From the NCBI GenBank assembly GCA_964016885.1, contig OZ024742.1:32922001-32986000 (forward strand): a stretch of 64,000 bases of DNA, given 5' to 3'. The notes below the pieces were generated by a model. That model searched no databases and had not been told where the DNA came from. It saw nothing but the letters and a program-made list of their open reading frames with translations. Within the stretch, counting starts at the first letter, position 1. Each line of letters opens with the position of its first letter. Shown here in pieces: positions 13,064-25,636 of this stretch. A program made the position numbers and the translations under genes. Source of the stretch: Eledone cirrhosa. Lineage: Eukaryota.

Positions 13064-13903
13064 ATTGTTTCAGCAAATTGCAAATAATCCAATGTTTACA
13101 GAACGAAAGTACAAACAAATATAATATAAAGGAAAGGGAAAACATAAAAAAGAAAGAGGAAAAGAAAGATAAAAGAAAAAAAAACACAGAAGCGGGTAGC
13201 ACACACATCTAGGACCACATACAACAAAAGGCAGCGAAAGGGATGGACAACCGAACCGCTACCAGAGCAAAAGATAACAGTATCGCGAGGAGCACTCGGA
13301 AACCTCTAATTTTAAAGGCAAGCCACCACGCTCGCGGCATTACCCCGGGTGATGGTGAGGCTGATGCGCTGGAACAACCAAGCGCCCTCACGAGCTTCAC
13401 CAGTTACCTCTGTTAAGCGAGCCGCCAGTGAAGATAGGAACCTCGCAGTCAGTAGCCCAACTCACCCAAACGTCTCGAACGCCACAGGCTGGAAAATGTA
13501 GTTGGCCGACAGATCACAGTATTTTAGGATTTTGTTCCGTTCGGCTGCGGAAGTTGTGACTCCCGCTCTAAACGCAGCATCCAGGATGTGGGGAGAAGCA
13601 AAAGAGTCACTAACTGTAACGTCCCAGACAAGGCACCTGCCTCTCGACCAAGGACACAGGGTAAGACCGTCAGGTCTTTTCCCATCAATTCTGGACAACC
13701 AAGGCGGTTCCAAAATTGATGGGATGTTTGTCCGGGCCAAAGCTCTCTTGAAAATGAGGGTTAGCTCCGTGTAACGAGCGAAGCAACCGGACCCGCTTCT
13801 GTGTTTCTTTTTTCTTTCTTTTTTTTTTTGTTTTCCTTTATATTATATTTGTTTATGCTTTCGTTCCGTAAGCATTGTATTATTTGCAATTTGCTGAAAC
13901 AAT
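13064..13903 (-). mobile_element. CRE-like (REL-endonuclease) non-LTR retrotransposon 3' fragment flanked by inverted repeats
   Basis: ORF LEPPWLSRIDGKRPDGLTLCPWSRGRCLVWDVTVSD...KILKY...FQPVAFETFG carries the PD-(D/E)xK REL signature. 13064-13197 is the reverse complement of 13791-13903. Confidence 0.8.
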
Positions 13904-15641
13904 CTCGAATTTTTAGTAACTACAATTTAGTACCCACCTCCCCGACTTTGTTTCTTCCTATCATATATATGTACAAAATATTGTTTTTTCTAATTGATAT
14001 ATGGCTATATACATATATATATATTTTTAATTTGAATTGTATATATAATGAAGTACCCATTGTTTTACAGACAGATTAAGGAACCACAGAATTCTATGCG
14101 TTTACCTTCTCGTGCACCTACCTGTGCACAACCGATTGTATACATGTGTGCGCACATTCAGACATTTGTTTACAAACAAGTGCATAATAGTGAATTAACC
14201 ACCACCACCCACGATAACCGGTTCACGTGACCCAATTCTGACTAATACCAGGTCATTTATGTACATTGGAAAGGCCTGCATGTGACAATAATGGCATCTA
14301 CTTTCACTCCTCTTAGAAATCTGAATCGTCGCACCTTGGTAAACGAGGCTTCTAAATGTTAGTGTAATTTTTTATGCTGTTAAGAGACGAGCGTTCCACA
14401 GCCTTAGTCGCTCTGTCTCTCTTTATATATATATATATATATATATCTATATATATATATACACACACACACATTATAGTTGTTCGAAGATAATGGTTCA
14501 TTCCATCACTAAACGCTATAAACCTTTACGTGGGCATTCGACATGCTTGTTAGAAGCAGCAACCAAATCTCCCACAGATCTCAAGACAAGACACTTTTAA
14601 TTTATTAATAGTGCACTACACAGCATTGCTTGGATAATATCAAGTGTAATGTAAGGTAATATCTCGTTTGATAAAATATAATTTTAGCCTCGCTGTGAAA
14701 GGTAAACAAAGTGGTTACGCCTCAAGTTATCTCTTCGTATGCAAATAAGTGTGTTCCATTAGACTAGTTTATAGTCTTTTAAGATGTAAAGACTGCATCT
14801 TGTGTACCATTAAAGGTTAGTAGGAAATGGCTATTTATAGTGTATTCACTATCCTAAATAGCTAAGTTGGCCTGTCTAGTTTACGTAAGAGTGTATCTGT
14901 TGACAATACGGAAGTCTTAGAAACTAGTTGGATCGATCCCACTTTATCAGAAGAGCAGTAAACATTCATATGACCCACCTGCACATAATAGATTTGAAGG
15001 TACAGCCATCAAAGGATCCATAATCGAAGAAAATGGTACTCATTGAATTGACGAACAACCACAAGCAAGCATACGTTACATTAAATTTCAAATTATATAT
15101 AAATTTGATATGCTATCTTTAGCCGGCCTAGCGGTTTTACCTGAAGGGGTAATATTTTTGACTAAAACACTTGAAGGCGGAGCCCCAGCATGATCGCAAT
15201 ACACTGACTGAAACCAGTAAGAAAACAGCTATGTATGTGTATGACGAAATAAAAAAAATACAACTCGCGCATACTCAATCATAAGATAAACAAATAATCT
15301 AAAACGCCGATACTGGGTTATTCATCACTAGAAGAAAGACAAGCAGAATAATAAATACAACATAAGTGGCTATGAAATTAACGATTATCTGTATACCTTC
15401 TGCGTTACAATCATGAACGGACCTTGCCAAATCAATAAGCAAACTAGCAACTTGTTTACAGATGACGAAAAGCCTCACCTCTGTTCGATTCGACCGCCGA
15501 TTCTTTTGGCAAGGAGCAACATTTTAACCATCGCGATGTTTGAACTAATCATTCAAGTGTTGAACAACGTCCTCTATGGTGTTGAATGACTTGACAGTTA
15601 AATTGATATTTTAAAAATATTTTATTCTTTGATAGACAAGT

Positions 15642-15777
15642 ATGGCTAATTTTCGACAGTTGTCACAGCTTACAAGTCTGTACCTCGGATATGGTTTGAG
15701 TGTTTTCGTTCGGAAGTCCTTTACTTTTGTCTTACCAGATGTTGTAAAATGTACGGGTGTGGATAAGAGCCAGCTGG
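15642..15777 (+). CDS. SLC37A4: SLC37A4-like glucose-6-phosphate exchanger (MFS/OPA family), coding exon 1 (MANFRQLSQLTSLYLGYGLSVFVRKSFTFVLPDVVKCTGVDKSQL)
   Basis: ATG at 15642, GTGAGT donor, phase 1. Aligns to human GYSLYYFNRKTFSFVMP...LDKDDLG. Confidence 0.9.
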
Positions 15778-17020
15778 GTGAGTAGAAACGGATTTAAAAA
15801 AAAAAAAAAAAAATCTGGCATTTGGCAGCTTTATTTTGCTTTGCTTTCTCCCTCTTGTTTTTTTTTTTTTTTTTTGCACGATATATAAAATTGTCGTTTG
15901 TTTACCGTAATTATATTGCCTAAAGTAACATCTAATAAGATAAAACCTAATACATTTGGTGGAATCTATCTATCGAATAATTTCTATTTTGTTGCTGAAG
16001 CCGAGTAGTTTTGATTCTTAGTGGTCTGTCTTTCCGGTGTTATGATTTCGTACCTTGAAAAAACAAACAAAAAAAAAAACATACCCGATATAGATCTTTT
16101 AGAGATATACTTAGCAATAGACCCCTTCCTTGGTGAATGAATCTCTTTTGATGCCGGAGTTGCATTTTGAAAGAGGATAAAAACAAAACACAAGTCTTTT
16201 GTGTTTGCTAGTCGAACACAACGCACACACAAAGTCGATATTCGTAATCGTGGGTCGAGGAAAATGTATTACTTAAGGTCTTTTTTTTTCCGTAGTCCCT
16301 AACATATAGATTTCTAATTGAGACACAAGGCGGAGACAGTCAATTACTATTGTGTCTACCTCAAATGAATGAAAGGCAAAGTTGACTTCGGTGGCATTCG
16401 AACTCAAAACGTAAAAAGCCGGACTAAATACCGAAAAGCATTTTGTCTGACGCGCTCACAATTCTGCTTATCCACTGCTCTTATATAGATACAATAATAA
16501 TGGTTTCTGATTTAGGCACAAGGCCAGCAGTTTTGGTGGGAGCGGAAAGTCAATTAAATCGACCCCAGTATTTTACTGGTACTTTATTTTATCGATCACA
16601 TAAGGATGAAAGGCAAAGTTAACCTCGGCGGGATTTGATCTCAGAACACAAAGGGACGTAACTCTACGCCACTAAGCATGTTGTCCGACACTCTATCGAT
16701 ACTGCCAATCCATCGAAATATATGTTGTTTAGCCGTGGGTCACATTTGATCAAACCATACATTTGTTTCAGCTGTAGAATTCCATCTTTGAGAATACAAA
16801 GTTCTCTGGTTTTTAATCATTATGAATGTGATTTACAAAAGAAACAAATCCAAGAAATAAAAAGAAAAGACATGCACACTCCTTTAATTACATCAGGGAA
16901 AAGCTGTGAAGGTGCTTGGCTGTTCTAGCATCTCGGCCTCGCTGTCACACACAGTAATGCCGTGAGCATCCCCTGTTCTAAAGTGTAATTGAGGGAGTGT
17001 GTATGTCTATATTTTTCTGT

Positions 17021-17310
17021 AGAGGTGTGTGGCCTAGTGGTAAGGGTGTTGGACTTAACGATCATAATGTCGTGGATTCAAATCCTGGGCTGGATTGTGT
17101 ATTGTGTTCTTGACAAACACTTCATTTCAGGTTTCTCCAGTATACTCAGCTGAAAATGAGTACCAGCAATAGCTGGGGGTTTAAACCCTGCGATGGACTG
17201 GCGTCCTGTCCAGGGTGAAGTCTTGTACTTTCAGTTGCTTCACGTCATGAAACCGGGATAAGCACTGGCCAAATGAGCCTTCTGGCTTAAGACAGACTTT
17301 AGACTTTTTA
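17021..17310 (+). mobile_element. tRNA-derived SINE, family B (CORE-like middle plus cctgcgatggactggcgtcctgtccaggg segment)
   Basis: A-box tggcctagtggt and B-box-like gattcaaatcc. Minus copies at about 21140-21395 and 30310-30470. Confidence 0.8.
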
Positions 17311-18258
17311 GACTTAACTTCTCCACCTACTTCTTTCCAGTTTTTATATTGCTTTAAAAAAAACAATATTTTTACATATATATATATATATAGCGTGGAA
17401 GATAGACGTCAAACGATGATGATGATATAATAGAAAAAATGAGGAAGTTTCGTTTACATATGAAAAATATTTATTGCTTATCGACCTGTTACATGCGTTT
17501 CGCAGAGGATTGGCTCGATATATATATATGTAATTGTCCAATGATTTATGGGAGCAAGACATTGGTGATGAATGTGGAACTGCTGAGAAGGATGGAAATG
17601 AGAATGGTTCAGTGGGTATTGCTGACTGAGGAAGATAAACAACAAACTGTATAGGATGATCAGTATAAAGCTAGTCATGAATATTGTGAAGAGAAATGAA
17701 ATAAGATGGTTGAGTCATGTGTTGTGGATGAATGAAAATGACTGATTAAAAGGAGTAATGGAAATGAATGTGGAAGAAAGTAGACGAAGAGGAATACCAT
17801 GAAAGACGGCTAAAGATGATAGAGGAGGGATTGAAAAATAGGGTATGTTTAGCTTTGATTACTAAAATACTTAATGTACAGTTTGAAATGGAACCTACAT
17901 TTCACATCTGGTATCAGTCTTTTACCAACGTTTAGGGGTTACTAATCACATTTGCTCTGGGCTGATGTCAGTGGTTTGGGACCTACATTTCACATCTGGT
18001 TTATGGATATTACTAGCTTGGGTACCCTACTGCTAACTTTACATGGGCCTGATCAGGATAATCATGGTTTAATGTTGTTAATATTTGATTAAATTACTAA
18101 AGGACAAAGATTTAATACCAGTGTGTATATTCTACAAACAGAAGGACTGGGCTATATAGATGAAACAGGGTATGAAATTAGATGTGTATTATTGTAAAGT
18201 ATCAATTTTGTTGTTCTTGGCACTGTTAATCTCTATTGTTTTCTTATCATGTTATTAG

Positions 18259-18396
18259 GCCTAGTGACCAGCAGCCAAACTATTGCTTACTCAGTAAGTA
18301 AGTTTATTAGTGGTTTTTTGGCAGACCATTATAGACCAAAGCTATTGTTACAAGCAAGTCTCATTGGATCAGCTATGACAGCTTTTGCTTTTACAG
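18259..18396 (+). CDS. SLC37A4: SLC37A4-like exon 2 (GLVTSSQTIAYSVSKFISGFLADHYRPKLLLQASLIGSAMTAFAFT)
   Basis: AG acceptor and GTGAGT donor, 138 bp. Matches human [23 protein letters not shown]. Confidence 0.93.
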
Positions 18397-18475
18397 GTGA
18401 GTAATCTTAAAAAAAACAATTCTTTACACAGATGTTTTTCCTTCCTTAGGAGAGAGCTCTAAACACACACATATA

Positions 18476-18670
18476 CAAGAGTTAGCTGAAAAGTTAAGCT
18501 GACTATGAAGGAGTGATGCTAGAGCTGTGAAATCTTGCATGCATTAATTTCAACTTTTATTATTAATAAATGCATTCTTTGTTTCCAGGGACTATGTTGA
18601 AAAATAAACCTCATTTGGTCATTCCATGAGAGTATCTTGGTCAACCTATGAACTTTTCAGCCGACTCTCG
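18476..18670. mobile_element. Mariner-type MITE (195 bp)
   Basis: TA on both sides; imperfect TIRs caagagttagctgaaaagtt / aacttttcagccgactctcg. Confidence 0.75.
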
Positions 18671-19031
18671 TATATGGGTGTATGTATATATCACTATCAA
18701 CATTATCACCATTTTACATCTATTTCCATAGTTGCATGGCTTAGATGAGTTGGTTTGGTTTCTATGGCTGGATGCTCTTCCTAATGCCAACTACTTCACA
18801 ACGTGTACTGGGTTTGTTTTCTCGCAGTACTACCACAACCACCTGACAGATTTATGCTTTGTTGTTTCTGTTTACTTGTTGCATATATATAAATAAAACA
18901 ATGTTGTCTCTGATTGAGATAAAGCGAGAGTGCATTTGAATACATATAAAACTGAGAAAACTCATCGCCAGAACAGCCGTTAAAACAGATAAATGTTGTC
19001 AAAGACAGCGATGGGCAAAAATGCCTCAGAG

Positions 19032-20195
19032 CAGTGCTACTCAAAGTGGTGGTCTGCGGACCGGTGCCGGTACGCGAACCATCAGCTACCGGTACGCGGC
19101 CAGTGTCCAGGCCATGCTAAGGAATCATTTGAGGAATCTAAGGAATTTCAAGGAAATTTTAGGCTGTGACTGCTAGTTTCAGTAATTTGTCCTTATGCAA
19201 TGAAAACTGGGGGTGAAAATGATATGACAATAATAGGTAAATTAAGCTGATAGTAAAAATATAGGTTGATAATATATCATAGTTTTCTATGAAGAAAGAA
19301 AGTCAAATAACAGAAAATGGACCGTGCAGCATCAGTTTCGGTGACTAAACGACCTACTGCAGTAAGTAAACAACTTATCAGTTGGCCGGTCGTGATGCGT
19401 GGTACTTACCGGCTGTGGTAGAGATTATGTAAGTAAATGTAGTATATTTGTGATATTGTAATGCCGCCGAATGATACTTTAGTCTCCCTTCAAAACCATG
19501 CTCCCTTTACTTCGGCCCATATCCTCAAATAAATTATTTCTTCCCTTAATGTAACTGTTTTCTCACGCTTAAAATAGCCTGATTAATTCTTAACAGTAAA
19601 AAAACATTATTTACGTGGTATTCCCTCATTCCCATGAGTGTTATTAAGATAAAGTACAGGAATAATATGGATATTCATTCTCCATTGCGCGTGGCAGTCC
19701 TCAATTGAACCACGACTGGATAAACTGACAAAGAAGAAGCAGGCTCACCTTTCACACTAGTAAAGATTAAGGTTATATAATTTTTATTTTTGTGTTAATA
19801 AACTGCTTTTTTTTTAAATTATTTTTTTATATGTTTTGATATTGCATTATTGGCAGTATCGGTAGAGGGTCGGACGCCATGCTTTCCAGCATAGTTACGT
19901 CCCTTTGCGGTCTGAGTTCAAATCCCGCCGAGGTTAACTTTGCCTTTCATCCTTACGGGGTCGATAAAATAAAGTACCAGTAATGTACTGGGTAATTGAT
20001 GGTCTTGTGCCCAAAGTAGAAACAATTATTTGTTTACAAAATAAATAGAAGATAAAAAAAAATGGTCAACTTTTATTATATTCATTTTATATATCGTTTC
20101 CGGTATAAATTAATATTACTACGAAATATTAGCGGTACGTGGCACATTGAAAAAAAAATGCCGGTCCGCCACATTAGATAGTTTGAGAAGCACTG
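19032..20195 (+). mobile_element. Non-autonomous hAT-Charlie element with a nested SINE
   Basis: TIRs cagtgctactcaaa / tttgagaagcactg and a perfect 8-bp TSD CCTCAGAG (19024-19031, 20196-20203). Transposase C-terminal remnant ...IEPRLDKLTKKKQAHLSH* ends near 19760. Confidence 0.92.
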
Positions 20196-21634
20196 CCTCA
20201 GAGGACAGAGACCAGCGGCCAGTGGTCAACAGAAAGACAATCCACAAGGTGTGTGACAGGTAGATGAAATATAGAAAAGGCTGAAAGAGGATGAGGACAA
20301 GGAGAAGTGTGCTGGTGTACAGAAGGGACCGGAAGAAGGAAATAAAAGGCAATGTAAAAGACAAGTTTACACACGCATCTTCACCTTCATCAGCTCTCAA
20401 ACCAGCAAAATGGTTTCACACAATTTAATTGAGGGTACCATTTTAATACACTCGTGCAACAGAAAAATAAAAGTTTCTGCTGGTATGATGTGTGTGTGAT
20501 AAAACAAACAGCACAAATAAAAGGACGAAATAAAATAAAATAATGGGATAGTGGACCTTAAACTGTGGTGTCTGTCCTAAATAGAAAGCTAATCATCGCT
20601 ATGATAAAGGTAAAACAATGTTGTCTCTGATCAAGACGAAGCGAGTGTATTTGAATACATATAAAAATGAGAAAACTCAATGTTAGAAAAATGGACGTTA
20701 AACGGTGATAATGATAATGATGATGATCATCATCATCATCATCAATATTTAACATCTATTTTTCCATGCTATTATAAGTTATGTATATATTATCATCACC
20801 ATTTAATGTCCAGTTTTCCATACTAGCATGGGTTATATGAGTTGCCCTATTGTGAGCAATTCCAGGTCAGGTGACCATTTCTTGCTCATTCAGAACTGAT
20901 TCTGGTTTGGTTTCTACAGCTGGATGCCTTTCCTAATGCCAACCTCATTTACAGAGAGTACTGGGTGCTTTTTGTTGTGACACCTACACGACCACTTTAC
21001 AGTGTTGGCTGGAGGCTTTTTCCTGTGTTTCCATCACAACCACTTTACAATGTGGGCTGGAGACTTCACTGGATGTATACTACAGTCTGACCTCGTGGGA
21101 TATATATCTAAAATTTAGTCTAAAATATGCCTCAGATCAGAATTCTCTTTATCTCGGTTTCATGAGATGAAGCGACTGAGAGTACAAAACTTCCCCCTGG
21201 ACAAGGTCACCAGTCCATCACAGGCTTAAAACTCCAGCTATTGTTAGTAGTCATTTTCAGCATAGTATACTGGAACAACATGAAATGAAGTGTTTTGCTC
21301 AATAACTCAACATTCAACCCAGTCCAGGAATGAAACCCACAACATTATAATCCTAAGTCCAACACCCTTACCACTAGGCCACCTGCCTCCACACTATATA
21401 TATATATAGATGATAGGCTTCCACACATTTTTCATCTTTTGAATTTCGTTCACAAGGCATTCTTTAACCATCGGCTATACTAGAAGACATTTGTCAAGTT
21501 CCCATACCGTAGGAGTCCCAATTCATACGGCTGCTCACACAGTCATGCATGCACCTATTTTACTGTTTCTTAATTTTCGTTTGTTCTTTTTATTTGTTAT
21601 TTTATTTATTTATTTATTAAATATGTATACACAG

Positions 21635-21729
21635 GTTTTAATTCAGTGTGGATGTTTTCAATTTTGTGGTTTCTGAATGGTATATTCCAAGGACTGTCCT
21701 GGCCGGCCTGTGCTAAAATATTAATGGCG
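21635..21729 (+). CDS. SLC37A4: SLC37A4-like exon 3 (GFNSVWMFSILWFLNGIFQGLSWPACAKILMA)
   Basis: AG acceptor and GTAAGT donor, 95 bp. Matches human [20 protein letters not shown]. Confidence 0.93.
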
Positions 21730-21799
21730 GTAAGTATTATTTTTATTGCTTTTTTAAAAAAAATATAAATTTGTTTTCTTTCTTTCATTCACCCCAGCA

Positions 21800-22470
21800 G
21801 GTTAGGTTTACAAATCCAAGCCACCCCGCGCACACAAGTCAGCCATAGAATACCTTCTCTATTTAAGGCTTTTAAGATCTCAGACCAAATTTCATCCTCC
21901 CCAGTGGCCTTGCCACATTTGAACTCTTTAATTGCTCTTGTGACCTCAGTCTCTGAGAGATTAGACATCACTCTGCACTCTGAGATGTACCTCATGTACA
22001 TCAGAAGATGCTGTTGTGATCAGGTGTAGAAGATCAACAAAGCATTCTCTCCACCTCACAAGGGTGCACCTCTCTGAAGCGAAGAGAACCCCAGACGCAT
22101 TGCTGATTGCAGGTGTGGAGGAAAACTTATTATTATGAAGTCGGTGGATGGTCTGCCAGAATACTTTATTTACTGATCTGAAGTTGGATTCCAGCTTAGC
22201 CCCAAAGTCCTCCCATATCTTAACTTTAGATGCCTTTACTGTCTCTGCTGTAATGTAATTCTTCATGCCTGCTTGTACTGCAAGTGCAAGAAGGAGGACT
22301 TATTTCCAAGCCAAGCTTTGTAGGCCTCCTTCTTTGCTCGAATGGCATCTTTGAAATCTTGATTGAACCAAGCTTCTTTCATCTGCAGGATTTAACAGAA
22401 GCAAAAACTGAGCTAAACAATCTCCTCTCTATTTTAATGTCCTCTAAACGACCTGTCCAACCCCTAATGA
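21800..22470 (-). mobile_element. RTE-clade LINE fragment of a second family (Expander/Rex3-like)
   Basis: WEDFGAKLESNFRSVNKVFWQTIHRL and KCGKATGEDEIWSEILKALNREGILWL. Confidence 0.75.
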
Positions 22471-23841
22471 AACTTAAGTAAAATGATAATGAAGGAATGG
22501 TTTGTCATGGCTGTAACACTTTTTATCATAGGGCTGCTCTAGGGCAAAAACATCATATACTTGAGGTGTGTTTTATGTCTAAATCTATTTTTACAGTGCC
22601 TCAACAAAAAATACCCAGTATCCCCACCCTTTAAGGTGCTGATGCTGGTTCCATGACAAAAAGGACTATGTCCACCGTCTAAGATGATAGATAGTGTTTG
22701 TGTCGTGAAAAATGCTCGCAGTACATGCTGTAAAGTGGTTGGTGTGAGGAATGGCATCCAACTATAGAAACCAAAACAAATGCAAGATGTGGTCACCTAA
22801 CTTGTTTAGCCTGTGAATGTGAACTTGTCAAGCCTATGTAAATATTGAAAATAGACATAGTAAGGTAATCGTGAACAGTGATAGTTGATGGTAATTAACT
22901 TTAAAGACAAAATTGTTGTGATGATAAAGTGTTGGACATTTGACCACAATGTCATAAGTTCAAAATTTAAAATATCTCTTGTGTTTAGTGTTTATAATCA
23001 AGGGACTCAACTCTGTTCTGACCCAGTTTGCTTGATTGGCATTGATAAAAAGGACATTTAAATTTAAAATGCGTCGCTTTAGCAAAAATACTTATTAGTA
23101 AATGTAATTAATTAATTAATAATTTAATTGGATCAAATGCCTTGTGGTATTTGTTCTGACTATTTGCTCTCTAAGTTCAAATTCCACCCAGGTCAACTTT
23201 GCCTTTAATCCTTCTGAAGTTAATAAAATACAGTAGCAGTCCAGCAACAAGATACCTTGTGGTATATGTTCTGGTTCTTTACTATGTGAGTTCTTGGGTG
23301 GTAGATATAATCTATAGCCTGGTTCAACGCCACCAGTTGATACTAGGGTGCCTTTAGCAAAATGCACTTTGCTGCCAGAAATCAGATCAGATTTCTGGTT
23401 TGAAGGTAATTTCTTCCCTTCCTCCTACCTGTGTCGGAGGCCCTGAAAAAGGGTCATGGGCATTGCCTTTCCCTTCCTGACTAAGTGGTGAAAATATATT
23501 GGCACTTAAGATTTGTTTTTCTGTTACTTCCTCCCACTCCCTCATACAATCTGTATTTCTCTCACCATCACACTTTCTCTCTTCTTTTCTCTCACACATT
23601 CTTTCACTTTATTTTCTCTCCTCTTCCTTCTTCCTGCCTCTCCCTTTACCCCCCCCCCCCTCACTTCCAAAATTTCTCATCCCTTTTAATTTCATGTATT
23701 CTTTCTCTCTGTCTCTCTCACACACACAAATGCTTCCCCTTTCTCTCACATGCACACTCTTTCTTCCCTCTCTCTCTCTCTGTCTATCTGTTTATTTCTT
23801 TCTCTCTATCCCCTTACTCTCTCACTCTGTAATCTACCCAG

Positions 23842-23977
23842 TGGTTTCCTCCTGATAACTTTGCTACCATGTGGAGTATACTATCAACATCCATCAATGT
23901 GTCTGGCAGTGTTGGTCCTCTCCTAATCACAACCATTGCACTTTATTATGGATGGAGAGTAGGAATGTTAATTACAG
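23842..23977 (+). CDS. SLC37A4: SLC37A4-like exon 4 (WFPPDNFATMWSILSTSINVSGSVGPLLITTIALYYGWRVGMLIT)
   Basis: AG/GT boundaries, 136 bp. Matches human [26 protein letters not shown]...SWR. Confidence 0.93.
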
Positions 23978-24130
23978 GTAATAATTACACCTTTTAGTTT
24001 ATTTTCTATATTCTTTCTGTAAATACATAAATGCACACACACACACACACACACACGTACACACATCTTCATTGTTTAACACCCATTTTCCCAGCGAGCA
24101 AGTGTTCGACTAAATGTATATATATATATA

Positions 24131-24446
24131 TAGTTATGTAATAAACAACATAAGGCAATTATTCCATTTACCAGTGGTTTCTTAAAAGCAAAAAATTTTG
24201 CTTTCAATCATCAGAATGAAAAAATCCTGGTCTATTTATTGAATTGAATTTATTGAAAAAAATCCAATTCAATAAATAGACCAGGATTTTTTCATTCTGA
24301 TGATTGAAAGCAAATTTTTTTGCTTTTAAGAAACCACTTGTAAATGGAATAATTGCCTTATGTTGTTTATTACATAACTATTAAGCTCTGTTACCTACAT
24401 AGAGCACTCTTTTTTCCTGGACTTTTCCGACGGAATTACTTCTCTT
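24131..24446. mobile_element. Fold-back Penelope-like terminal element with two hammerheads, flanked by TA repeats
   Basis: Arms 24131-24246 and 24265-24380 are near-perfect reverse complements, followed by an unpaired tail of about 65 bp. Confidence 0.8.
24291..24348 (+). ncRNA. Minimal type I hammerhead ribozyme (mirror copy at 24163-24220 on -)
   Basis: Stem I ttcatt/aatgga; CUGAUGA; stem II ttgaaagcaa/ttgcttttaa; GAAA; short stem III; GUA cleavage triplet. Confidence 0.75.
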
Positions 24447-24465
24447 ATATATATATATATATATA

Positions 24466-24588
24466 AACAAATTTAATATAAAAATGGCTTCTACAGGACT
24501 AGAACTGTTTCATTCGAAGGAACCTGATGATTTCCTTCAAATTAAACAGTTCTAGTCCTGTAGAAGCCATTTCTATATTAAATTTGTT
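24466..24588. repeat. Inverted repeat (arms of about 57 bp) whose loop is a hammerhead CUGAUGA core
   Basis: Arms 24466-24522 and 24532-24588; loop cctgatgat; downstream (G)AAA-cag...ctg-UA. Confidence 0.75.
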
Positions 24589-25513
24589 GTATACACTCTA
24601 CTAATGTATTGAGTACTTTACTTACTGTGGTTACCCTTGATTAAACCAGGGACTCATGTGTGTGTGTGTGTGTAGTACTGTTACCATGGAAAATGGAACC
24701 CAGTACATTCTTTAAGTGGCTGGCATTAGGAAGTGCATCCAGTATGGAAATTGGACATAAAATTATGCTGAGATGATGATATATATTTGAGAGAGTGAAT
24801 GGTTGAATTTCTAGATTACCAGACAATCAGCTGAAGTGTAGATGCTTTGTATACCATCACTGGTACTTTTTTATGATAGACCAAAACAGTTAACTTTAAA
24901 TTGCAAACTCTTCTTAGCTCTAAGCTGTTGCTTAGCCTCAAGACAGACCTGATTCAGCAGACCTTTGACCAAGGTATTCCAATTGAATTATCCCATCATT
25001 TTACATATCAATGGCCTCATTATTCAATATGTCTTTCCTTTTTCTTAAGATGCTAGGGTGTGATTAGAAGGAAATTTGGCTGCTATTTCTAGCAAGTCAA
25101 ATGAGGCTTCCTCGTTGACTCATGTATATTTGAGGTTATTTTATCAAATCATAGGAGCACCAGTATTTGTCTGGGCTCTCTGCTATCTCTACAAATCCTG
25201 AGAATAACGTTTTGGGGTCAATAAATAAAGTGCCATTCCATGGGTGGTGGATTGTTAGTCAGACAGGATGCTTTGTATCTGTTCTGACTCCGTGCTTTCT
25301 GGGTTCAAATCTCAGCTCCTGTCACCAGAGATCCAGTGACACTTCTACCAGGTGTTGTGAACAGCAGATAGTATATCAGTAATGGAAAGAGCAATGTAAA
25401 TATAGTTTCGTTGGTCTGATCTAATCATTGGCTCCTTTTCTTATATATGTCTATGTGTATATCTGTGTATGCAGCTCTATGTTTACTTTCAACATTCAAT
25501 ATTCTTATTCCAG

Positions 25514-25636
25514 CCACTGCTGCTCTGCTCCTGGCTCTGCTATTTACTGTCTACCTGCATGATGATCCATCGAAATTTGGTCTGGTAAACTATCTTAGAG
25601 AACATTCCAATGATGAAAGTACATCCAGCAACAAAG
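25514..25636 (+). CDS. SLC37A4: SLC37A4-like exon 5 (ATAALLLALLFTVYLHDDPSKFGLVNYLREHSNDESTSSNK)
   Basis: ttccag acceptor and gtaaaa donor, phase 1-1. Matches human LIHNEPADVGLRN. Confidence 0.88.

Noticed and set aside
14478-14525. ttcgaaga-atgg...ccat-ctaaa-cgc-ta, a hammerhead-like arrangement next to a TA run
   Set aside because: Both core boxes are mutated and stem I is unconvincing.
23485-23855. Hydrophobic Phe/Ser/Leu ORFs
   Set aside because: CT-rich intronic tract upstream of SLC37A4 exon 4.
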